A DNA stretch of 64,000 bases, taken from Candidatus Micrarchaeota archaeon (GTDB lineage: Archaea; Micrarchaeota; Micrarchaeia; Anstonellales; Anstonellaceae). Position numbers and translations under genes: made by a program. The stretch lies in assembly GCA_964650545.1 (NCBI GenBank), contig CAZYTZ010000001.1:23686-87685 (forward strand), read 5' to 3'. Under the pieces are notes generated by a model. The model worked only from the letters and a program-made list of their open reading frames with translations. It was not told the origin of the DNA and searched no databases. Positions 27,458 through 37,807 of the stretch are shown here, in pieces. The stretch's first letter is position 1; every line of letters starts with the position of its first letter.

Positions 27458-27687
27458 GCTTTCAATTGCAGATAGGCGTTGCGTGACAGCGCTTATGGAG
27501 CCAGTGTCTTGCGAAAATTGCGCGCGTTTAGCGCTCTGAAAAACCATCGTTTTTCGGGCATTCTTTTTAGTGGCTTATGCAGACATATATTTTTTGGGAC
27601 ATTCCCGCCTGTCTTTCCTGATACTTCTTTCTGTGATTCCTTTTTCATTTGAATTAATTCATATTAAATCATATTTCATTTAATACT

Positions 27688-29070
27688 TTAACCTTTCCTG
27701 TCCTTGACATATCTCGACGACCGGTAGCTTCCCAGCCTCTTCAATATCCCCTGCGCCACCAAATCATTAAGGTAACGGATTGCAGTCGGGTGCGAGTAGC
27801 CAATCAATTTGGCATATGCTGGGGCTGTTAGCGTTTCGTGCTTTTCCAGATAAGCCAATGCCTTCTGCTGCATCTCGCTAATCTGGCCATAGGGCTTTGA
27901 TACGCGGTCGGAAAGCGAGCCATAGAGGACAACCCGGAAGAATCCGCCCAAATCATCGAAAACCGGATCTGGGAGGCCGTTCTGGCGCATGATGCGGTAT
28001 ATCGCCCGCACGCCCAAATTCAGCCCTTCGCCCCAGCCAGCATCGTTGAGAATGCGGTGCAGGACCGGATTGCGGTGGCGGCGGATGTCAGCGAAGTTCT
28101 TGAGGGTCTGTCCTGGGAGCAGTGTACCTGGGCTGGTGATTTGGATGCGGTCGTCGAATATCTCGACTAGGATTCCGTTCGGGTCGAAATAGTCGCGGTG
28201 GCCGACTGCGTTTGTGAGGGATTCACGCAGCGCCATGTCCGGGACCATTGGCATCTCGACCCGTTTCCCATCCACCACGCGAGCCGAAAAGCCGGCCTTC
28301 TCCCGGATGGCCTTGAATGCCTTCTCCAGAAGCTCCGGGGCGGTGTCGCTGAACCGCTGGTCGGATTCACGGGCCTCCAGCGTGGCAGTCCGACCCTTGT
28401 ATTTGACTACGCGGATTTCGGTGTTTGAAAAGAAGCGCGAAATGTCCTTGGCGAACGCAAGCACCCCAACATTCTTGACGTAGAACTCCCCTACGCTATT
28501 GGCGACCCCCAAGCTCTGCAAAAGGGTATCGGTGGGCACCCCGTCCATATCTGCAGGCTTTCCAGTCCGCTGGGCAACGTGCTTGCTGACCTTCTGCATA
28601 TCAAGATCCAAAAGTCTGGCCTGGGAGCGGTTTTCCTCGAATGAGATGATGCCGCGTGCCCGGAGGAAGCCCACCAGCTCGTGCTTGCGGATTTCCACGT
28701 TGACCGAGCCTTGGCGGACATAAACCCCTTTCTCGAAGAAGCAAACCTGGTCTATGGGCAGGGCGGTGACGTTGGCTATCAGGACATGTTTGCCCTCGAC
28801 AGTGTGTTCCTCATAGGTGACTGTCGGCTTTGGCTCAAGCAGCGGCAGGATGGCGGCCATTTTCTGGTATGCCTCGTCCTTGGCAACGCCCGCCACGGCT
28901 GTTTTGCTGTCTGTCCTTTCCACTCCAAGGACCAAAAGCCCGCCGCCTGAATTGGCGAAAGCGCAGACTGACCGGCCAACGCTCTCGTTGAAATGGGCGG
29001 ATTTCTTGAACTCCAGCCTGGAGCCTTCCTCTTGGGAGAGGAGGGCGGTTACGTCGCCTTTGGAAAGCAT
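27688..29070 (-). CDS. Putative ATP-dependent DNA-binding regulator of the AlbA_2 (Schlafen, AAA_4) + HATPase-like + C-terminal HTH family.
   Basis: It has the N-terminal AAA_4/AlbA_2 motif (EGSRLEFKKSA...VCAFANSGGGLLVLGV) and a C-terminal wHTH (AIRYLNDLVAQGILKRLG). Confidence 0.55.
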   Translation of the reverse strand: MLSKGDVTALLSQEEGSRLEFKKSAHFNESVGRSVCAFANSGGGLLVLGVERTDSKTAVAGVAKDEAYQKMAAILPLLEPKPTVTYEEHTVEGKHVLIANVTALPIDQVCFFEKGVYVRQGSVNVEIRKHELVGFLRARGIISFEENRSQARLLDLDMQKVSKHVAQRTGKPADMDGVPTDTLLQSLGVANSVGEFYVKNVGVLAFAKDISRFFSNTEIRVVKYKGRTATLEARESDQRFSDTAPELLEKAFKAIREKAGFSARVVDGKRVEMPMVPDMALRESLTNAVGHRDYFDPNGILVEIFDDRIQITSPGTLLPGQTLKNFADIRRHRNPVLHRILNDAGWGEGLNLGVRAIYRIMRQNGLPDPVFDDLGGFFRVVLYGSLSDRVSKPYGQISEMQQKALAYLEKHETLTAPAYAKLIGYSHPTAIRYLNDLVAQGILKRLGSYRSSRYVKDRKG

Positions 29071-29216
29071 GTTAAAATATTAAGACAAAAGGTATTTAAT
29101 TCTATTTAATGTAAACAATAACGGGCAGAGCGCCCTTCAGGGTCAAGAGTGGCTGCTCGACGATAAGGCAAAAAAGCCACGTCGATGTGTCTGATGCCAT
29201 AGTTTGTATAGCATAG

Positions 29217-29231
29217 CTTGACTCTGATGCC
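29217..29231 (+). repeat. Copy 2 of the 15-mer CTTGACTCTGATGCC.
   Basis: It is an exact match. A further ctgatgcc lies at 29191-29198, and an inverted ggcatcaga lies at 29243-29251. Confidence 0.6.
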
Positions 29232-29309
29232 TCATATATAGTGGCATCAGATGCGCATTTTGGCTGTTTTTGCCGCATAATCGGAGGGAAAAAGAAAAGG
29301 CAGGGCGGC

Positions 29310-32300
29310 TTACATCCTTCCTGACAGCTCGTGCTGCGCCGCTGCGATGATGGCAAGGGGCACGCGCATGGGCGTTCCGCTCACGGAATCCAGTCCGCCA
29401 TGGTAAAGGTAGCGGGCTATGGATTCGGGATCCACGCCCTGCTCGCCGCAGATGCCGATTTCAAGCGAGGGGTTGACAGCGCGTCCGCGCTCCACTGTGA
29501 GCTTGACTAGCTCTGCGATTTGCGGGTGCAGGGTCCTGAACGGATCGGACTCCAGCAGCCCGTCGCTTATGAGCCTTGCGATGTAAGCCGCGGTGTCGTC
29601 CCTGCTCAGCCCCAGTCCCGTCTGCGTCAGGTCGTTTGTGCCGAACGAGAAGAAATCCGCGTGCCTTGCTATTTCCCCTGCAGACTGGCAGGCGCTTGGG
29701 ATTTCTATCATGGTGCCAACCTTGTATTTGAGCGATGAGCCGCGCGTCTCAAGCTCATCATGCGCCACCTTGTCAATCCTTTTGCGCGCCCATTCGAAAA
29801 GCTTGGGGTTCTCCACCACGGGCACCATTATCTTTACGACGGGCTCTGCGCCCGCCTCTGCCGCGTCAAGCGCGCCGTTGATGATTGCCTTGACCTGCAT
29901 GTCAAGCATCTCGGGGCACAGGTAAAGCAGCCTCACCCCGCGAACTCCGAGCATGGGGTTCTCCTCATGGAGCGAGCGCACGCGCTCAAGCAACGAGTCC
30001 TGCGCAGGGTCAAGCCGTTCTAGCGTCTTCCTTGTTTCCTCAAGTTCGATAATGACTTTTTTGTATTCTTCCGGGGAAAACAGCGACTTTGCCAGCTCGT
30101 AGCTCATTGAATCGCCAATTTTCATGCCGCCAAACATCTTTTTGGCAAGGAACGCCAGCACTGCCCTTTCTGCCTGTTCGCGCTCCATTTTCACCAGGTC
30201 AGGCAGGAATTCGTGCATGGGCGGGTCAAGAAGTCGTATTGTCACCGGCTTTCTGCTCATCGCCTCGAATATGCTCTTGAAGTCCTCGCGCTGCATGGGA
30301 AGGAGCTGGTCAATGAGCTTTTGCCTCTCTTCAAGCGTTTTGGCAAGGAACATGTCCTGCACTATGCCTATGCGCGACTTGTCGTTGAACATGTGCTCCG
30401 TCCTGCAAAGCCCTATCCCCTTTGCGCCAAGCTCAAGAGCCTGCCTTGCCTGCCCGGGCGTGTCGGCATTTGCCATTATGGGAAGCTGCGAAATGGAATT
30501 CGCCCAGCCAACCACGCGCTTGAAGTGCTCCGTTATCTCCGGGTCGATGAGCTTAAGTTTGCGCGCAAACACCTCGCCGCTGGCGCCGTCAATAGTAATC
30601 CAGTCCCCTCCCTTTACTTCATTGCCGTTGATGAACGCGCGCCCGTTTTCAAGGTCCAGCCTGAGAGCGCCGCATCCCACCACCGCAGGTATGCCGTTGC
30701 CGCCGCACACCACTGCCGCGTGGCTGGTGGCGCCGCCCTCCACCGTGAGGACCCCGCCTCCGCTCCTGCCCGCGGCAATCATGCCATGGTAGTCCTCGGG
30801 TTTGGTCATGTTGCTAAGAAGAATCATGCGCGACTGCTCCTTCTCTTTCTTGCCAGCCAGTTTTTCCTCCTCTGCAATCTTTGCAATTTTCGAGGCGCTG
30901 AAATAAACCTGGCCGCAGGCTGCGCCTGCTGACGCTGGCGCGCCTTTTGCACCCGCGAAAACCCCCCTCTTCGCATCAGGGTCTATCTGCGGCAGGAGCA
31001 CGGACAGCACATTGTCAAAAGTGATGCGCTTCACCGCCTCCTCCTTTGTTATCATTCCTTCATCCACAAGGTCGCACGCAATCTTGAACGCCGCCTTGCC
31101 CGAGCGCTTGCCGGTGCGCACCTGCAGGAAAAACAGCTCCCCGTTTTGCACGGTATACTCTATGTCCAGCATGTCGCGGTAGTGATCTTCAAGCCGCTTT
31201 GCGGTTTCAAAAAGCTCCTTGCCAAGCTTTCCCGGAAGCGGGCATTTTCCGTCGCTTGTGAATGCGATTGGCGTGCGCGAGCCTGACACCACCTCTTCGC
31301 CCTGTGCGTTTGCAAGGTAGTCAGAGCACGCGTGCGGGTCGCCGGTATTCTTGTGGCGCGTGAAAAGCACGCCGCTGCCTGAGTTTTCGTTGCGATTTCC
31401 ATAAGCCATTGATTGCATGTTAACTGCAGTGGGCATCTCAAGGGGCAAGCTGTTTTTCTCCTTGTAAACCATCGCCTTGTCGTTGTAGGATGAGCGGAAC
31501 ACCGCCTTCACTGCGGACATCACCTGCTCGAACGGGTCCTGAGGAATTTCGCCCCCTGCGCGGTAAATAATATCCTTGAACGTGCCGACAAGCCCGGCAA
31601 GCGCCTCTGCGGGAAGCTGGGAATCCGTTTTCACTCCATATTTTTCCCTTGCGCTTGCAAGCGCGTTTTCATAGAGGCTTATTGTCTTGTCGCCTTCCTT
31701 GACAATGCCAACCTCTTCAACTACGCTCCCGTAATACTGCAGGAAACGGCGCTGGAGGTCGTAGACAAAGCGCGGATCCTCGCCGTTTGCCAAAAGCTGC
31801 TCCACGCGCGCGTCGTTCAGCCCAACATTGAGCACGGTCTCCATCATGCCGGGCATGGAAATCTTCGCGCCCGAGCGGACCGAGAAAAGCAGGAGGTCGT
31901 TGCCGCCGTCGTAATCAAAAAAGTCCTTACCTGTTCTTGCCTCGAGCTCGAGCAGGGCTGCGCGCACGTGCGCACGCAGGCTTTCGTCCATTTTTTTCCC
32001 TGCGTTATAGTATGCTTCGCATTCCGTGGTGGGAATGATTGCGGCTGGCGGGACGTTCAGGCCGAGATTTATCATGTCGCAAAGCCCGGTGCCCTTGCCG
32101 CCAAGTGCTTCCTTTGCTTGCGTTTGCGTGCCTATGAAGTCGCCCTGCGATGGCACATATGCGCGCACGCCTTCATATGCCGGCTTGCCGTTCTGGAAGG
32201 AGTCTGTTTTTGTATGAAACTTGATGCGATTTTTCTGCTCTTGAGAAATAGTTGCTTTTCTTTCAGTTATCGGCTTTTTGCCTGAAAATTCCGTTCCCAT

Positions 32301-32336
32301 GGGAATCCCTCCACGGTTTGTGCTTTGTGATAACAT
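29310..32336 (-). CDS. ppdK: Pyruvate phosphate dikinase.
   Basis: It has the PPDK N-terminal ATP-grasp motifs (LGGKGTGLCDMINLGLNVPP, SVRSGAKISMPGMMETVLNVGLND), the central phospho-His domain (GGATSHAAVV) and a C-terminal PEP-utilising domain. The start is M1 (32336) or M13 (32300). Confidence 0.85.
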   Translation of the reverse strand: MLSQSTNRGGIPMGTEFSGKKPITERKATISQEQKNRIKFHTKTDSFQNGKPAYEGVRAYVPSQGDFIGTQTQAKEALGGKGTGLCDMINLGLNVPPAAIIPTTECEAYYNAGKKMDESLRAHVRAALLELEARTGKDFFDYDGGNDLLLFSVRSGAKISMPGMMETVLNVGLNDARVEQLLANGEDPRFVYDLQRRFLQYYGSVVEEVGIVKEGDKTISLYENALASAREKYGVKTDSQLPAEALAGLVGTFKDIIYRAGGEIPQDPFEQVMSAVKAVFRSSYNDKAMVYKEKNSLPLEMPTAVNMQSMAYGNRNENSGSGVLFTRHKNTGDPHACSDYLANAQGEEVVSGSRTPIAFTSDGKCPLPGKLGKELFETAKRLEDHYRDMLDIEYTVQNGELFFLQVRTGKRSGKAAFKIACDLVDEGMITKEEAVKRITFDNVLSVLLPQIDPDAKRGVFAGAKGAPASAGAACGQVYFSASKIAKIAEEEKLAGKKEKEQSRMILLSNMTKPEDYHGMIAAGRSGGGVLTVEGGATSHAAVVCGGNGIPAVVGCGALRLDLENGRAFINGNEVKGGDWITIDGASGEVFARKLKLIDPEITEHFKRVVGWANSISQLPIMANADTPGQARQALELGAKGIGLCRTEHMFNDKSRIGIVQDMFLAKTLEERQKLIDQLLPMQREDFKSIFEAMSRKPVTIRLLDPPMHEFLPDLVKMEREQAERAVLAFLAKKMFGGMKIGDSMSYELAKSLFSPEEYKKVIIELEETRKTLERLDPAQDSLLERVRSLHEENPMLGVRGVRLLYLCPEMLDMQVKAIINGALDAAEAGAEPVVKIMVPVVENPKLFEWARKRIDKVAHDELETRGSSLKYKVGTMIEIPSACQSAGEIARHADFFSFGTNDLTQTGLGLSRDDTAAYIARLISDGLLESDPFRTLHPQIAELVKLTVERGRAVNPSLEIGICGEQGVDPESIARYLYHGGLDSVSGTPMRVPLAIIAAAQHELSGRM

Positions 32337-32487
32337 GGGTTTTTAAGGGGTGTGGGGCAGGAATTGCCCGCCCTTCCCAAACCCATCTATCTTTTCCCTG
32401 TAATCTGACGGGGGCATACAACCTGATGGCATCAGCCGGCCTGATGCCAATGTTCCACGACGCTCACGCCATCAAACCATGCTGGCC

Positions 32488-32502
32488 CTTGACTCTGATG
32501 CC
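32488..32502 (+). repeat. Copy 3 of the 15-mer CTTGACTCTGATGCC.
   Basis: It is an exact match. The palindrome ctgatggcatcag lies at 32423-32435, and ctgatgcc lies at 32441-32448. Confidence 0.6.
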
Positions 32503-32680
32503 AAAAACAGAATTGGCGGCGCTGCCGCACAGATTCCATCAGCTCTTCTTCTTTCCCTTTGACTTTGCCTTCGCTTTCTTCTTTGCCATTGTATCGCCGC
32601 TCGGCCATTCCCGCCGTGCATTTATAACACCAATGCAAATCCATTTAAACTCTTATTATAACATTTCACCCGGTGTTGGC

Positions 32681-33058
32681 ATGATGAAGCAAACAAGGGC
32701 AGTTCCTCCTGTTGGAAAAGGCCAATTCCCGCAGCGCGCGCCGCTTTCAGTATCTCCTGGGGTAAAAGAGGCAATCTCGCTGTTCATCCGGGCGGAAAAC
32801 TCATTCAACAGCGGCTCCTGCCAGGACGCAACCGGCTATTCGGACGCCGTCCTTCTCTGCAAGGAAATAATCGCAAAATACGCCAGCGCCCTGTCCGACG
32901 GGCATTCAAACACCCTTGTCGACACCAAGCTGCTGCTTGCCAAGTCGCTGTGGCACCTTGGGCGCGACGAGGAGGCGCTTGCCGTGCTGACCGAGGCAAG
33001 CAAGGCAGCTGCGCATCCGGAGCTTTCAGAATGGATTGGCATATGCCAGAAAAAGTGA
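32681..33058 (+). CDS. Small hypothetical protein (125 aa) with possibly TPR-like helices.
   Basis: It starts at an internal ATG of a longer ORF-track frame. Only the C-terminal part looks protein-like. Confidence 0.25.
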   Translation: MMKQTRAVPPVGKGQFPQRAPLSVSPGVKEAISLFIRAENSFNSGSCQDATGYSDAVLLCKEIIAKYASALSDGHSNTLVDTKLLLAKSLWHLGRDEEALAVLTEASKAAAHPELSEWIGICQKK

Positions 33059-33462
33059 GCGCTTCCGCTGCCCAATTCTTTTTTCCGAAGAAAAATAGCC
33101 GCTTAAGCCATTCCCATGTAGGAGAGGAGCTCGACTTTCTCCTTCTTGGAAAGCGAGCCATGGTTGACCACGCCCTCCTTGAAAGTGCGCCTGTAGTCCT
33201 CGTCCTGAGCAGTGCTGCCCTCGTTCTTCTTGTAGCGCCTTTCCCTGTTATTAAGGTAGCTGCGCCACGCAGAGATTATTTCATTTTTCGTTTCAGCTGT
33301 CATTTTCCCACTCCCACCCAGTACTCGCCCTATGCGGCAAATTCATTCGCTTAGAACAAATCCGCTGGCAGATTAAACCTGCAAAAGGCGTAAGTCTTCT
33401 TATGTCTGCTCCAATTTATATAGCTTGCTACATGTTTGGCGAATTTTGCACACTCATATCGC

Positions 33463-34587
33463 CTAATCCATTGCTGCCAGCCGCACGCACCAGGCAGCAA
33501 AGCCTATTTCCGTAAGCGCAACAAGCAGGAATATCGGGGCAAAGCCAAACGCCTCTGCTGCAATGCCTGACACGGCTGTCGCTGCAATCGTCACAAGAAG
33601 GCATGGCATGATGAGCATGGAAAGGTCGGTTGCGCGCTTCTTGCTCTCCTTTGCGCCAATGTAGTTCATCTGCTCCCAAAGGACCGCAAGTCCAGCATCG
33701 CCAAACGCCATGAAAAGGAAGAAGAAAGGAGCAAGGGCGGGCGGGGCAAATGCCACTCCCACCAGCCCCGCGCAGAAAATCGCAGCGCCTGCAACCGCAG
33801 CCTTCGGGGTCTCCACCCTGCGGTGCGTTATGACGTGCAAGGTGCCCCCCAATATGAGGAAATAGCCAGCATAGATAATGCCTATCTCGCCAAGCGTGAA
33901 GCCAAGCACGCTGAAGTAAATCGGCAGCAGCACGTAGAATGCAGCGTGGTAAAGCACGCCGCCAAGCGTGAACACGCCGGCAATCTCGTAGAACTTGCGG
34001 CTCCTGCCAAACGGGTTGAAATCTGACAAGCGTACACGCGACGAGGCCTTGTGAATGTTCTTCAGCCTCAACGATGAGAAGACAAGGTATGCGGAAAGCA
34101 CTACCAGGCAAAGCAGGGGCAGGTCATACCCTCCGAACGCGAAAAGCGCACCCACCGCCAGGCTGCCGGCCGCATTGTACACCAGCCTGCCTGAGAGCAT
34201 GTCTGTAAGCACAAAGTGCTTTTTTTCAGGCGAGGCGGCCATGAGGCTTGGCCTTACTGCCGACCATATGGCAGACTCCCTCGCGCCGTCCAGCAGCTTG
34301 CCTGCCGCAAACCCCGTCGCAGTGGTTGAGAAAAGGTAGGCAATTGAAAGAAGGAAGTCTGCTGCCGAGGAGAAGATGTAAATTACCCTGTCACCAAGCG
34401 AGTCAACGATTGCCGCACCTGCCAGCCTCACCACTGCCTTTGCCAACGGCGCGGCTGCAAACACAATGCCTATTGTCGCCAGGTCTATGCCGCGCTCAAG
34501 CATGAGGAGCGGCACAATCACCGTGGTGGCCCCGGCTATGAATGCATCTATGAAGTTTATCGTGTACAGTCGGCGGAGCATATCCAT
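33463..34587 (-). CDS. MFS-type transporter.
   Basis: About 12 TM helices are predicted, with the MFS loop motif (AGAAIVDSLGDRV). The start is placed at ATG 34585-34587 (MDMLRR...), because the ORF-track TTG at 34650 precedes a better ATG with an aaggg SD. Confidence 0.7.
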   Translation of the reverse strand: MDMLRRLYTINFIDAFIAGATTVIVPLLMLERGIDLATIGIVFAAAPLAKAVVRLAGAAIVDSLGDRVIYIFSSAADFLLSIAYLFSTTATGFAAGKLLDGARESAIWSAVRPSLMAASPEKKHFVLTDMLSGRLVYNAAGSLAVGALFAFGGYDLPLLCLVVLSAYLVFSSLRLKNIHKASSRVRLSDFNPFGRSRKFYEIAGVFTLGGVLYHAAFYVLLPIYFSVLGFTLGEIGIIYAGYFLILGGTLHVITHRRVETPKAAVAGAAIFCAGLVGVAFAPPALAPFFFLFMAFGDAGLAVLWEQMNYIGAKESKKRATDLSMLIMPCLLVTIAATAVSGIAAEAFGFAPIFLLVALTEIGFAAWCVRLAAMD

Positions 34588-34662
34588 CCCTTTAAGCCAT
34601 TCTTTTTTATATCCATGTTGTGCTGGCGCACAACATCTATAAAAAAGCAAACAAAGGTTGCT

Positions 34663-34670
34663 TTTTTATA
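34663..34670 (+). promoter_or_regulatory. TATA box (TTTTTATA) for tRNA-His.
   Basis: It is centred about 27-30 nt upstream of the tRNA 5' end, the classical archaeal spacing. Confidence 0.5.
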
Positions 34671-34696
34671 GGCATGCTTTCAAATTCATTTTCAGT

Positions 34697-34770
34697 GGCC
34701 AAGGTGATGTAGCCTGGTAGCATGGGAGCTTGTGGAGCTCTTCGCCCGAGTTCAAATCTCGGCTTTGGCC
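34697..34770 (+). tRNA. tRNA-His (anticodon GUG), without introns and with a genome-encoded G-1.
   Basis: Manual fold. G-1 precedes the acceptor GCCAAGG, which pairs with CTTTGGC, and the discriminator is C73. The D-arm is ATGT-AGCCTGGTA-GCAT. The anticodon stem is GGAGC/GCTCT with loop TTGTGGA. The T-arm is CCGAG-TTCAAAT-CTCGG. Confidence 0.8.
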
Positions 34771-34827
34771 CTATTATTTTCCTTCCGCGCAGATACTCTC
34801 TTAAATTTCACCCGCGAATTATTCCAC

Positions 34828-35424
34828 ATGAAGACTTCCGTGCTCCTGGTGCTTTTGGCAGTGGTGGCGGTGATTGCCATCTACATGGTGTTCTCCAAGC
34901 CAAGCTATCCCATGAGCGAGGAGGACGCAAAGGCGTTCTTTCTGGAGGACCTCAAGGACAAGTATCCTGGTGCTGACGTGCACGAGATCGTGGAGATACT
35001 GCCAGCAACCGCATCTGACGGCTCATTATACTACCAGCTAAAAGCGCGCGTGACTGACGGGCTTTATACCCCCTGCCCGGAACGCATGCACGTGTTCTAC
35101 GACTACCCGCCAAAGAACTTTGTGGCCCAGCCGCCCGAGTACATCACAAAGGGCTGCAGGGTGTGCATTGGCGTTGACAGCTGCATACTTGCTTTTCCCG
35201 AGGAGGCAGTGATTGCATCGCACACCTATGATGGAACTGAGGAAGTGGCGGCATTTGTGAATGGCAACTCTGATGCCAAGGCAGACGCAATATTCCTGGA
35301 AAGCGTCGAAGGCGAGGCTGGCACGTGGAAAGTCACCTGGCGCTCAGCCACAAACCCATCCTATTACGAGGTCTTGCTCTCAAAGCCTCAAAACTCGGTG
35401 CTTTCGGTAAGCAAGCTCTCCTAA
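34828..35424 (+). CDS. Hypothetical secreted or membrane-anchored protein (198 aa).
   Basis: The start is placed at ATG 34828, downstream of tRNA-His. The N-terminus has a TM/signal segment (MKTSVLLVLLAVVAVIAIYMVF). Confidence 0.45.
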   Translation: MKTSVLLVLLAVVAVIAIYMVFSKPSYPMSEEDAKAFFLEDLKDKYPGADVHEIVEILPATASDGSLYYQLKARVTDGLYTPCPERMHVFYDYPPKNFVAQPPEYITKGCRVCIGVDSCILAFPEEAVIASHTYDGTEEVAAFVNGNSDAKADAIFLESVEGEAGTWKVTWRSATNPSYYEVLLSKPQNSVLSVSKLS

Positions 35425-35819
35425 GAAGCAGCTATTTTTGCAGCCATCCTTCCAGTCAGGCAATTCATTTTCCAAAGCGAGAAGAGCTGCGCGATCATGC
35501 TTGCGGCCACGACATAAACCCCGTATTGCACGAAGAAATGCATGGCGGCAATTGGCAGCACAAGCGAAAAGATGCCAATGCCCACTGTCCCGCACGCAGC
35601 GGCGCCGCATGCTGAAAGCGCAACCAGCCCCATTGCCGATGCCAGCACCGAAAGCGTGCCTGTGCCTTTTGCAAGCCTTGCGTTCTCCTTGGCGACATAG
35701 GCAATGCACGCCATTGTGTAGGCAAACACAATGATGAATTCAAATGAAAGCGCCGCATATTGCGCAAAAACCTGGTGCGGGACTATGAAATATGCAAGGA
35801 TAAGGGAAAGAAGGAACAC
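35421..35819 (-). CDS. Small hydrophobic membrane protein (132 aa).
   Basis: Four TM-like segments are predicted, with no homology signal. Confidence 0.3.
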   Translation of the reverse strand: MFLLSLILAYFIVPHQVFAQYAALSFEFIIVFAYTMACIAYVAKENARLAKGTGTLSVLASAMGLVALSACGAAACGTVGIGIFSLVLPIAAMHFFVQYGVYVVAASMIAQLFSLWKMNCLTGRMAAKIAAS

Positions 35820-35855
35820 CAGCCTGCAAACAAGCCCCTGCTGTTTTTTGCCATC

Positions 35856-37625
35856 CTAGCCCTCGTAATAGTAATGCTCGCCAGCCTCTGTCTGCTCCCT
35901 GTCAAGCGCGCTTCCAGGCTTGTTTATCCTGGGGCGGCGGCTTTCCTTGTCGCGCCTCAGCGTGATTCCTGCTGCTTTCAAAAACGCGTTCATGCCCTCG
36001 CGCTTGCCTGAAGGCGCTGTCGCATGCCCCTCTTTGCTTGGCGTGCCAAGAAACATCATCATCCTCGAGGAAACCGCGTCAAGGAGCACCAGGTCGTGGT
36101 CGATTACAAACGCGCACTTCTTGCTGCCTGCTATGAGCGACTGCAGCAGGTCGGCAAAACCCAGCCTCTGCTCAACATCCAGGAAAGCAGAAGGCTCGTC
36201 AAACAGGTAAATGTCTGCCTCGCGGCAAAGCGCAAGGGCGCAGGACACGCGCTGCAGCTCGCCCCCCGACAACTCAGTGAGCTTTTTCTCCATGAGCGAG
36301 GAAAGCGACAGCTTCCTTTTCGCAGTTTCGAAAAACGCGGCATCCACTTTGCCTGAAATGAAAAGCTCGCGCACTTCCAATCCTTCCTCGGCTTTTATGT
36401 ACTGGGGCTTGTAGGAGACGCGGCTGCCTGAAAGCGGCTCGCAGTTGTCCGGCTTTTCAATGCCGGCAATCATTTTCACGAACAAGGACTTTCCAATCGC
36501 ATTCTCGCCCAAAATGCCTATCACTTCGCCCTCCTTCAAGCTTCCCTCTTCCGAGGAGAATTTGAACAGGTCGAATTTCTTTTCGAGCGCGGGATAAGTG
36601 AACTTTGCTGACCTGCTTCCTGCCTCGGTGGCAGAGGTTATCGAGAAAGTGATGGAGTGGTCCCTGAAGCGCGTGTTCTCATCAGTCAGGAAGCCGTCCA
36701 AGTACTCGTTTATCCCGCTTCGCGCAGCCTTGACCCCCGACACAACGCCATAGGCATTCTCAGTGCCGTAAAAGACATGCACATAGTCGGACAGGTAATC
36801 AAATATCGCCAAGTCATGCTCAATCACAATCACGCTTTTCTTCTCGGACAGCGATTTGAGCGCGCGCGCCATGGACAGCCTCTGCTTGATGTCAAGGTAG
36901 GCTGCAGGCTCGTCAAAGTAGTAAAGGTCCGCATCCTTGCAATAGGCAGCCGCAATTGCCACCCTCTGAAGCTCGCCGCCCGACAGCACAGACACCCTCT
37001 TTTCCAATATCTCCTCAAGCGCAAAATGCCCCACTGCCTCATCCAGCACCTTCCTCTCGTCGTTTTTCTGCAGCAATTCCCTTGCAGTTCCCCTGAAAAA
37101 GTCAAGTATTTTGTAGACGCTTTGCGGCTTGAGCGCCACCTTCACCGTTTTGTCGTGTATTGACCTGAAATAATTCTGCAGCTCAGGCGCGAGCCGCGCA
37201 AGCACTTCCTCAGGCGTGTGCTTCACCTCAAACTCCGCAAAGTTCGGCTGGATGTGGCCTGCCAAAAGCTGTATGGCAGTTGTCTTGCCAATCCCGTTCT
37301 TGCCAATCAGGCCGGTCACTCCCTTTTGCGGCAAGGGCATCCCGTAAAGCCTGAAGGTGTTCTCGTCATACTGGTAAATGGGCTTGCCAGTCTCGCTTAG
37401 GAGGTTGATGATGGTGATGCAGTCCATTGGGCATTTTTTCGGGCAGATGCCGCAGCCAGTGCAAAGTATCTCGGAGATTACCGGGAAGCCCTCCGGGTCC
37501 ACAGTTACAGTGTCATCGCCCATCCTCACGCCAGGGCATACTTTAAGGCACTGGTAGCCGCACTTGTCGCGCGTGCAGCGCTCGCGGTCAATTATCGCGA
37601 TTCTCACCTTCCCCTTCTTTTCCAT
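35856..37625 (-). CDS. ABCE1 / RNase L inhibitor-type ribosome recycling ATPase.
   Basis: It has the N-terminal 2x[4Fe-4S] domain (CTRDKCGYQCLKVCP...CTGCGICPKKCP) and two ABC cassettes (LSGGELQRV appears twice). Confidence 0.9.
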   Translation of the reverse strand: MEKKGKVRIAIIDRERCTRDKCGYQCLKVCPGVRMGDDTVTVDPEGFPVISEILCTGCGICPKKCPMDCITIINLLSETGKPIYQYDENTFRLYGMPLPQKGVTGLIGKNGIGKTTAIQLLAGHIQPNFAEFEVKHTPEEVLARLAPELQNYFRSIHDKTVKVALKPQSVYKILDFFRGTARELLQKNDERKVLDEAVGHFALEEILEKRVSVLSGGELQRVAIAAAYCKDADLYYFDEPAAYLDIKQRLSMARALKSLSEKKSVIVIEHDLAIFDYLSDYVHVFYGTENAYGVVSGVKAARSGINEYLDGFLTDENTRFRDHSITFSITSATEAGSRSAKFTYPALEKKFDLFKFSSEEGSLKEGEVIGILGENAIGKSLFVKMIAGIEKPDNCEPLSGSRVSYKPQYIKAEEGLEVRELFISGKVDAAFFETAKRKLSLSSLMEKKLTELSGGELQRVSCALALCREADIYLFDEPSAFLDVEQRLGFADLLQSLIAGSKKCAFVIDHDLVLLDAVSSRMMMFLGTPSKEGHATAPSGKREGMNAFLKAAGITLRRDKESRRPRINKPGSALDREQTEAGEHYYYEG

Positions 37626-37807
37626 CTTAATCGACTCCGTCGATTTCAGGAAAAAATGCGTTCATTTTTTCCATCCAACTCTCCTCGCTTGCTTATTCTT
37701 CCCGCTAGCTTTTATTACGCTTCCCTCTCGGTGCGTGTTGCCTAAAATGTAAAGATAGGTTTAAATAGCCTTGCCACCACAATTTACACATACAGACGAC
37801 AAGAAGG

